64,000 nt of DNA, taken from an uncultured bacterium. Lineage in GTDB: Bacteria > Patescibacteriota > Minisyncoccia > Phycocordibacterales > GWA1-40-21. The position numbers and the translations under genes were made by a program. Each line of letters opens with the position of its first letter. The stretch's first letter is position 1. Under the pieces are notes generated by a model that saw only the letters and a list, made by a program, of their open reading frames with translations, had not been told where the DNA came from and made no database searches. The stretch spans positions 6,732 to 70,731 of the forward strand of contig CAIJUJ010000021.1 of the NCBI GenBank assembly GCA_903823865.1, written 5' to 3'. This document shows positions 57,776-64,000 of the stretch, piece after piece.

Positions 57776-57930
57776 TTGGTCATTATCACTTTTATACAAA
57801 AATAAATCAAATTTTTGGCCTGCCACGAGACAAAAACTACCTTGGCCGCGCAAAATAAATTGATTACAATTTATCGCCCGGCTCACGAAAAACAAAAACT
57901 ACCGATAAAATCAGTAGTTTTTGTTTTTCG

Positions 57931-58004
57931 TGGTTGCGGGGGCCCGAATTGCACGGACGTCTCCAGGTTATGAGCCTGGCGAATTACTGCTACTCTACCC
58001 CGCT
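57931..58004 (-). tRNA. Initiator tRNA-fMet(CAT), atypical
   Basis: 1:72 mismatch, GCGGGG acceptor, loop CTCATAA, encoded CCA, T-loop TGCAATT. Confidence 0.85.
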
Positions 58005-58085
58005 GTAATTTACATTACAACATAAAAGTTCAAAAAGCAAACAGTTAATAAATAACCAACATAGTAAACAAATAACTAATTTGAA

Positions 58086-58730
58086 CTATATTATTTCAAA
58101 CTCTTCAAAAACTGACTCGTACAATTTAATAACCCTTTTTGCCTCTCTTTGTGTTAGGAGAAATTCTGATCCTTGGTGAGCAATAGCATTTCTAATTTTA
58201 TGTGCTTCCCACGCCTGCTCTAAATGATTAAAATCACTAGGCTCAATCTTTTTTAATTTATCACCTATACTTTCACCATGTAATTGTAAACTTTCCAAAA
58301 GATCATTCAAAATAATATCTGCCTCTAGTATCGCAAGTCTCCACTTACTTGCATCATCGGAATTAATATGTGACTCAACTAATTTCCACTTAGGATTTTC
58401 TATAACAGCGTCTTCTAAATGAATCTTTACTTGTTCACCTTTTGGTAAGACTCTTTCCATAATTTTTTTTCTTATTTTATTTTCTCGAATTATATAAATG
58501 ATAACTAAAATAAAAAGAAAAAAACACAAAAAAACAGAGAAAATAACGAATCTAGCATAAAAATTAATAATGGCAAAAATAATCTTATCAAAAACTGGTT
58601 TCCAACTATCAATATTTTTTGTTACCCAATTATAGGCAATTGTCGCCATACCAACAAGCAAGGATAAAATTACTATAATTTCGAAGGCGGCTAGTGAAAG
58701 GCCTGATTTAATTTCTTTTTTTTCTGCCAT
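58086..58730 (-). CDS. Hypothetical membrane protein
   Basis: 2 TM; WRLAILEADIIL...AWEAHKIRNAIAH. Confidence 0.75.
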   Translation of the reverse strand: MAEKKEIKSGLSLAAFEIIVILSLLVGMATIAYNWVTKNIDSWKPVFDKIIFAIINFYARFVIFSVFLCFFLFILVIIYIIRENKIRKKIMERVLPKGEQVKIHLEDAVIENPKWKLVESHINSDDASKWRLAILEADIILNDLLESLQLHGESIGDKLKKIEPSDFNHLEQAWEAHKIRNAIAHQGSEFLLTQREAKRVIKLYESVFEEFEII

Positions 58731-58749
58731 ATAGATATTATACCATTTT

Positions 58750-60177
58750 TTATAATTCTCCCAAGAAGTTTTTACCAACAAAAAATAGCTTATCTTCCCT
58801 GCTGTAATCAGCAATAAATTGAATTCCTATTGGTAAGTCTTTTCCATCAATTTTTTTCGTTCCAGATGGAATTGAGATTGCAGGAACCCCAGCCAAGTTT
58901 ATAGGCACGGTAAAAATATCTTCAAGATACATCTGTAATGGATCATCAATTTTCTCACCAATTTTAAATGCAATTCCTGGTGTTGTTGGCGTAGCAATAA
59001 TATCAACCTTTTTAAATGCTTTTTTGTAATCTTCTTTAATTATTTCACGAACAATATTTGCTTTATTGTAATATGCATCATAATAACCAGAAGATAGAAC
59101 ATAGGTGCCAAGAATAATTCTTCTCTTAACTTCCCTACCAAGTCCAGCCTGTCTTGAAAGAAAATAGTCTTCAATTCCTGTAGCACCACTTACTCTTTTT
59201 CCATAACGCATTCCGTCATATCGTGCCATGTTTGAAGAAACTTCTGCTGGAACGATGACGTAATAAACAGCCAAAGAATATTTTAAATTTGGTAATTCAA
59301 TATCAACGATCTCATGACCGAGTTTTTTTAATTTACTTAATGAATCTTCAAAATTTTGAATTATATCTTTATCAATTCCACCAATCTTAAGAAAATCTCT
59401 TGGTACTCCAATTTTTAATTTATTAATTGATAGCTTTTCATCTTTTTTATCTGGAATGGTCGTGCTATCCATTCTATCTTGCCCTTTTATCACATTAAAA
59501 AGTATTTCTGCGTCTTCAACAGTTTTTCCAAACGGACCAATCTGATCAAGTGAAGAACCCATAGCCATTACACCATATCTTGAAACAGCCCCATAAGTTG
59601 GTTTCAAACCGACAATGCCACAAAAGCTTGCTGGCTGCCTAATAGAGCCACCAGTGTCAGAACCAAGCGCTACAAGAGCCATATTCCCAGCCACGGAAGC
59701 CGCAGAACCTCCAGAAGAACCCCCCGGGACTCTTTCTAAATCGTGTGGATTTTTTGTTGGTCCGTAAGCCGAATTTTCGGTTGAGCCCCCCATTGCAAAC
59801 TCATCCATATTTGTTTTTCCAAGAAAAACCACACCCTCTTTTTTGAGTTTTTCTATGACCGTTGCATCATAAGTTGCGACATAATTCTCTAAAATTTTTG
59901 ATGCTGAAGTTGCAATTTTGTCTTTTATTAAAATATTATCTTTAACAGCAATCGGGATTCCGGTAAGCATTCCAGCTTTCCCACTTTTTATTATTTCATC
60001 TGCTTTTTTTGCTTGTGGAATCACATCATTAAAAACAGAAAGATATGCGTGGATATCTTTATCGGATTTTTTAATCTGCTCTAAATATGCAGTTGCCAAT
60101 TCAACAGATGTGTACTCGCCTGTTACGAGTGAATCATGAGCTTTTTTTATTGTTAAATTTTTTAAATCAATAACCAT
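58750..60177 (-). CDS. gatA: Glu/Asp-tRNA amidotransferase subunit A
   Basis: GKTNMDEFAMG, GGSSGGS, GSDTGGSIRQPA. Confidence 0.95.
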   Translation of the reverse strand: MVIDLKNLTIKKAHDSLVTGEYTSVELATAYLEQIKKSDKDIHAYLSVFNDVIPQAKKADEIIKSGKAGMLTGIPIAVKDNILIKDKIATSASKILENYVATYDATVIEKLKKEGVVFLGKTNMDEFAMGGSTENSAYGPTKNPHDLERVPGGSSGGSAASVAGNMALVALGSDTGGSIRQPASFCGIVGLKPTYGAVSRYGVMAMGSSLDQIGPFGKTVEDAEILFNVIKGQDRMDSTTIPDKKDEKLSINKLKIGVPRDFLKIGGIDKDIIQNFEDSLSKLKKLGHEIVDIELPNLKYSLAVYYVIVPAEVSSNMARYDGMRYGKRVSGATGIEDYFLSRQAGLGREVKRRIILGTYVLSSGYYDAYYNKANIVREIIKEDYKKAFKKVDIIATPTTPGIAFKIGEKIDDPLQMYLEDIFTVPINLAGVPAISIPSGTKKIDGKDLPIGIQFIADYSREDKLFFVGKNFLGEL

Positions 60178-60178
60178 A

Positions 60179-60670
60179 TTATTTTTTTTCAACAAATCTT
60201 CCGTCATTAAGTTTTTCACATTCATTCCATTTATAAATTCTGCCATTCATAGCAATATAAACACCGTCTTCCAATAAATTTAAAGCTCCAATTGCAACAC
60301 CAATATTAAATTCCGCATCTGATTCTCTAAATTTGTATGGCTGAGAAGCACCGGTCAAAACAATTGCTTTGCCTTTTATGCTACTCAAAACTTTTGCTGT
60401 TTTTACCATTGTGTCTGTACCATGAGTTATTAATATTTTATTTTCAACAACACTTTTGCAAGATTTTTTTATAATTTGTCTATCGGCATTTGTCATATTT
60501 AAACTATCTTTTGCCAATAAACTTTCAACATCATAATCAAAATTTAATTTTATTTTTCCCCCAGCCATTTCCATAACGGCCTGCTTTCCAAAGGAAAAAT
60601 TCAATGTTCCCTTAACTTCTGAATACTCCTTATCTATAGTTCCCCCTACAGTAAAAATTTTTATTTTCAT
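60179..60670 (-). CDS. Single-domain asparaginase/glutaminase
   Basis: TVGGTIDK and ITHGTDTM catalytic Thr motifs. Confidence 0.85.
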   Translation of the reverse strand: MKIKIFTVGGTIDKEYSEVKGTLNFSFGKQAVMEMAGGKIKLNFDYDVESLLAKDSLNMTNADRQIIKKSCKSVVENKILITHGTDTMVKTAKVLSSIKGKAIVLTGASQPYKFRESDAEFNIGVAIGALNLLEDGVYIAMNGRIYKWNECEKLNDGRFVEKK

Positions 60671-60681
60671 AATTTTTATTA

Positions 60682-60966
60682 TTATAATATTTTTTCAACT
60701 TTCAAATAATTATCTTGAGAATTTGGCATACCTGCAACAATATTTTTTGTGTTTGCTCCAGTTTCGTTTTGGTTTTCATCATTTCTTACAACGTTTCGTA
60801 ATTCACCAGCTTTTTTTTCTTCACCAATCTTAGAAACAATCTCTTTTAATTGGGTTACATAATCCAAAATTGGGTCTACTTCTTTAAGCAGTCTTTGCAT
60901 TTCCTCTCTAGTGAGTTCTATTCTTGCTAGTTTGGCTAATTTCTCTATATCTTTAATCTCTAACAT
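60682..60966 (-). CDS. gatC: Amidotransferase subunit C
   Basis: LAKLARIEL...ILDYV...NVVRND. Confidence 0.88.
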   Translation of the reverse strand: MLEIKDIEKLAKLARIELTREEMQRLLKEVDPILDYVTQLKEIVSKIGEEKKAGELRNVVRNDENQNETGANTKNIVAGMPNSQDNYLKVEKIL

Positions 60967-61005
60967 AGAAATAATATAGCATTTTAGACGGCAAAAAGAA
61001 AATAA

Positions 61006-61413
61006 TTAAACCAATTGAACTTTGTCACCGTTTAAAGTAAACAACTCAGTTTCGATAGACAAATTTGGAAACTTTTTGAAAATAGTTAATTTTGCTTTTT
61101 TTAATTCTTCCTCATGAAATTCAATTTCTTGGTTCTGTGACTTAAATTTTTTGCTGCCACCATAAGCCCTACAATCTGTATGGTTTGTTAGAATTAATTT
61201 GTGTGGATGGTGTAATTTTATCGATAACCCGATGTTTTCTAATAAAGTAATTCTGTCCTCTTCTTCAAGTGGTGAGGTAATATTTTTACTAGAACCAGCA
61301 ATTTCAATCAAATCAAAATCACCATATTTTTCTTTTAAAATAGGTAGTGCTTGGGGCCAAAAACGATAATCAATACATAATAATACTAAAGATAAATTCT
61401 TGATTTGGTTCAT
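61006..61413 (-). CDS. Beta-class-like carbonic anhydrase
   Basis: CIDYR and HTDC zinc ligands. Confidence 0.75.
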   Translation of the reverse strand: MNQIKNLSLVLLCIDYRFWPQALPILKEKYGDFDLIEIAGSSKNITSPLEEEDRITLLENIGLSIKLHHPHKLILTNHTDCRAYGGSKKFKSQNQEIEFHEEELKKAKLTIFKKFPNLSIETELFTLNGDKVQLV

Positions 61414-61419
61414 TGTAAG

Positions 61420-62472
61420 TTATGGATGGAAAAAGAAAGCCACAGCGATAATAATATATGCCATTACAAGCTGAACCCCCTCAAACCAATTGCACTCACC
61501 ATCCTCAATGATTGCATTAACAATAAATACTGAAAAAATAATTGCGACAAGTTCAAAGGTATTAAAAACCAAACTCATATTGGTTGGGAAAAACAAACTA
61601 ATCAAAACAAGAGCGGGAGCAACAAACATAGCAATCTGGGTTGTGGAACCAATTGAAACTTGAAGTGCAAGATCCATTTTCCCCTTTATGGCCATTGTTA
61701 TCGCCGAGGTGTGTTCTGCGGCATTACCAATAATTGCGACAAAAATGACACCGATAAATAACTCTGTCCAGCCAAAACTTGCGACTAACGGCTCAATTGA
61801 GCCAACTAAGATTTCGCTCATAAACGCAACGGCAACAGTCGATATTAAAAGTATTATTATACTTTTTTTAATACTCCATTTTGCTTCATACTTCCCAACA
61901 TCTTCTGTGTACAAATGTTTATGCGTAAAAAGTGAGAATACCAAACTTGCCAAATAAGAAATAATCATGATGACAGCAATCAAGATACTTAGTTTTTCTA
62001 TAACTCCACCAGTTGCCGAAATTTTAGAAGTCTGAAAAAATATCGCTGGAATCACAAGTGCAATAACAGCCAAAAGTAATGTAGATGCACTGGCTTTTGC
62101 TGCCGTGCCATTAAATGTTTGTTTTGGTCTTTTTACTCCACCAAAAAAGATAGCTGTGCCCAAAACCAAAAGAAGATTTCCTAAAATAGAACCTGTAAGT
62201 GATGCTTTTACAACTTCCGTAAGGCCAGCCTGTAAAGCAAAAATACCGATGATTAACTCTGTCGCGTTACCGAAGGTGGCATTTAGAAAACCGCCCAAAG
62301 CTGGGCCGGTATAAACAGTCAATTCTTCCGTAGCCTCGCCAATATATTTTGCGAGTGGTATAATTGATATTGCGGATAAAATAAATACAAAAATTGCGGG
62401 TAAATTTAATAGGTGCGCGATAATTGTTATTGGTATAAATATTAAAAGAACATTAAAAAATTTATTTAGCAT
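61420..62472 (-). CDS. Ca2+/H+ antiporter (CAX/ChaA family)
   Basis: NATFGNATE and GNAAEH alpha-repeats. Confidence 0.92.
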   Translation of the reverse strand: MLNKFFNVLLIFIPITIIAHLLNLPAIFVFILSAISIIPLAKYIGEATEELTVYTGPALGGFLNATFGNATELIIGIFALQAGLTEVVKASLTGSILGNLLLVLGTAIFFGGVKRPKQTFNGTAAKASASTLLLAVIALVIPAIFFQTSKISATGGVIEKLSILIAVIMIISYLASLVFSLFTHKHLYTEDVGKYEAKWSIKKSIIILLISTVAVAFMSEILVGSIEPLVASFGWTELFIGVIFVAIIGNAAEHTSAITMAIKGKMDLALQVSIGSTTQIAMFVAPALVLISLFFPTNMSLVFNTFELVAIIFSVFIVNAIIEDGECNWFEGVQLVMAYIIIAVAFFFHP

Positions 62473-62583
62473 ATATAATTTTATTTGTTAATAATAAGTA
62501 AAATTATATCATAGCCAATATTTTAGACTAGACCCAATGTATTATATAAAACCGCAATAATTATAAATAATTAATAAAACACC

Positions 62584-62871
62584 ATGGAAATAAAGAAAAT
62601 TTATGCCTCAAAATATGGCCAGACTGTGCACACAATGAAACCCCAATATGAGGTAAGGGGTGATGCCGTTTATAGGACTATTTATCACCCGCTCGGTGGT
62701 AATGCAGCATTGCCAGATTTTAAAATAAGAGGTGATAAAATGTATACGACAGCCCACCACGAGGCAGGAGCTCAACCAAATGCTTGGTATACTATTAAGG
62801 ACGGTGCAATACATAATACTGGTTATCATCCTGAGGGAGTAAAAGCAAGGGCATCATTTCACCTAAGGTAA
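62584..62871 (+). CDS. Small protein with three internal ~24-aa repeats
   Basis: YEVRGDAVYRTIYHPLG / FKIRGDKMYTTAHHEAG / YTIKDGAIHNTGYHPEG. Confidence 0.7.
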   Translation: MEIKKIYASKYGQTVHTMKPQYEVRGDAVYRTIYHPLGGNAALPDFKIRGDKMYTTAHHEAGAQPNAWYTIKDGAIHNTGYHPEGVKARASFHLR

Positions 62872-62902
62872 ATAATAAATGGCGGCTTAAGGCCGCCTTT
62901 TA

Positions 62903-62962
62903 TTATTTAATGATTTTTATAAAATCACTTTCATTTAATATTTTTACTCCAAGTTTTTCTGT
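62903..62962 (-). pseudogene. Displaced duplicate of the ligA 3' end
   Basis: Encodes TEKLGVKILNESDFIKIIK* versus the current AERLNVKILSEKDFISLIKQ*. Confidence 0.75.
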
Positions 62963-62965
62963 TTC

Positions 62966-63011
62966 GCACCAAGCTAATTCGCTTTCCATCTTAAGGGAGC
63001 GGGCTTGGTGC
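62966..63011. repeat. Palindromic element gcaccaagc...gcttggtgc
   Basis: 9-bp terminal IR at the junction of the duplicated ligA end. Confidence 0.65.
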
Positions 63012-63043
63012 ATGGACTCCGCTACAATGTGATTGTAATTATT

Positions 63044-64000
63044 TTATTGTTTAATTAGAGATATGAAATCTTTTTCTGAAAGAATCTTAACATTTAACCG
63101 CTCCGCCTTATCAAGTTTTGAGCCTGGATTTTCTCCACAAACTAAATAAGAAGTTTTTGAAGAAACTGATTCAGAAATATCTCCACCACGTGCACGGATT
63201 TCATCTTTTGCCTCATCGCGTGACATTGATGAAAGTGTTCCCGTAACAACAAAAGATTTCCCTAATAATTTTCCCGCACTCACCCCGAGGTTCAACCTCG
63301 TGATTTCTATTTTTACTTGTTTTAGAAGCCTATCAATAAGTTTGCTATTTTCTTTATCTAAAAACCAATCATAAACAGACTGTCCAACAATATCTCCAAC
63401 CCCATTTATTTTTTGCAATTCTAAAACATCAGCTTTTTTAATTTTATCCAGTGTGCCAAAATTTTTTGCTAAATCTATTGCTGTTTCTTCTCCCACTTGC
63501 GGAATAGAGAGTGAAACTATAAATCTGTTTAGGGCGACTTCTCTTGCATTTTCTATTGACGAGAGGAGGTTATCTACTGATTTTTCTGCAAATCTTGGTA
63601 ATGCTAGCAAATCCCCCTTTTTAAGAGTAAAAATATCATCAAAATTTGTTATAAGACCATTATCAAGCAATGCGTCTATTATTCTTGGCCCGCACCCATC
63701 CATATTAAAAGCTTTTTTTGAAACAAAATGATAAAACTTTCTTTTTTGTTGTGCAAATGAATTTTTATTTACACATCTCCAAGCAGCTTGCCCAGGAATT
63801 CTTTCTATCTTTCCATCTCCTCCACAAGCATCTATTTTTTTAGGAAAAACAAAGACTTTTTCTTTTCCCGAACGTAGCTCTTTCAAAACTTCCACAATAT
63901 CTGGAATAACATCACCAGCTTTTTGTAAAATAACTGTATCTCCAATTCTAATATCTAATCTTTTTATTTCATCTTCGTTATGAAGTGTAGCGCGAGAAAC
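63044..64000 (-). CDS. ligA: NAD-dependent DNA ligase (5'-truncated)
   Basis: HhH repeats; BRCT VVTGTL...SVSSKTSYLVCGENPGSK. Confidence 0.95.
   Translation of the reverse strand, partial: VSRATLHNEDEIKRLDIRIGDTVILQKAGDVIPDIVEVLKELRSGKEKVFVFPKKIDACGGDGKIERIPGQAAWRCVNKNSFAQQKRKFYHFVSKKAFNMDGCGPRIIDALLDNGLITNFDDIFTLKKGDLLALPRFAEKSVDNLLSSIENAREVALNRFIVSLSIPQVGEETAIDLAKNFGTLDKIKKADVLELQKINGVGDIVGQSVYDWFLDKENSKLIDRLLKQVKIEITRLNLGVSAGKLLGKSFVVTGTLSSMSRDEAKDEIRARGGDISESVSSKTSYLVCGENPGSKLDKAERLNVKILSEKDFISLIKQ

Noticed and set aside
57776-57930. Full tRNA-matched element after tRNA-fMet
   Set aside because: Hairpins and a partial terminator duplication are present, but there is no clear antisense arm, core or direct repeat.
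1-64000. Stop-codon reassignment (code 25)
   Set aside because: Conserved genes are full length in code 11 and TGA ends several plausible genes.

Overview
AT-rich bacterial chromosomal segment read in genetic code 11. The gene content suggests Patescibacteria/CPR (Parcubacteria-like), which is an inference. Housekeeping genes include lepA, clpB, a short infB, rbfA, class II RNR, secG, rnj, hisS, ftsEX, prfB, gatCA and the ligA 3' end, plus 15 tRNA genes. Many core genes look leaderless (TGnTATAAT 6-8 nt before the start), while several ORFans have strong SD sites. The main unexplained structure is a family of small structured elements directly downstream of 8 tRNA genes. Each has a hairpin, an antisense copy of its own tRNA's 3' end, a shared covarying core and usually a direct copy of that 3' end. 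The same core occurs at different tRNAs with the tRNA-matching arms swapped, and a stand-alone GIY-YIG nuclease lies inside one such tRNA cluster. Other points of interest: CCCG...CGGG-capped palindromic elements, duplicated termini of lepA and ligA beside palindromes, an NYN RNase followed by a hairpin, and a HisRS/CYTH/SpeD/DUF2156/EamA/orphan sensor kinase cluster that may make and sense a tRNA-derived metabolite. No CRISPR array, rRNA, integrase or transposase was seen. All calls are by eye; no searches were run.
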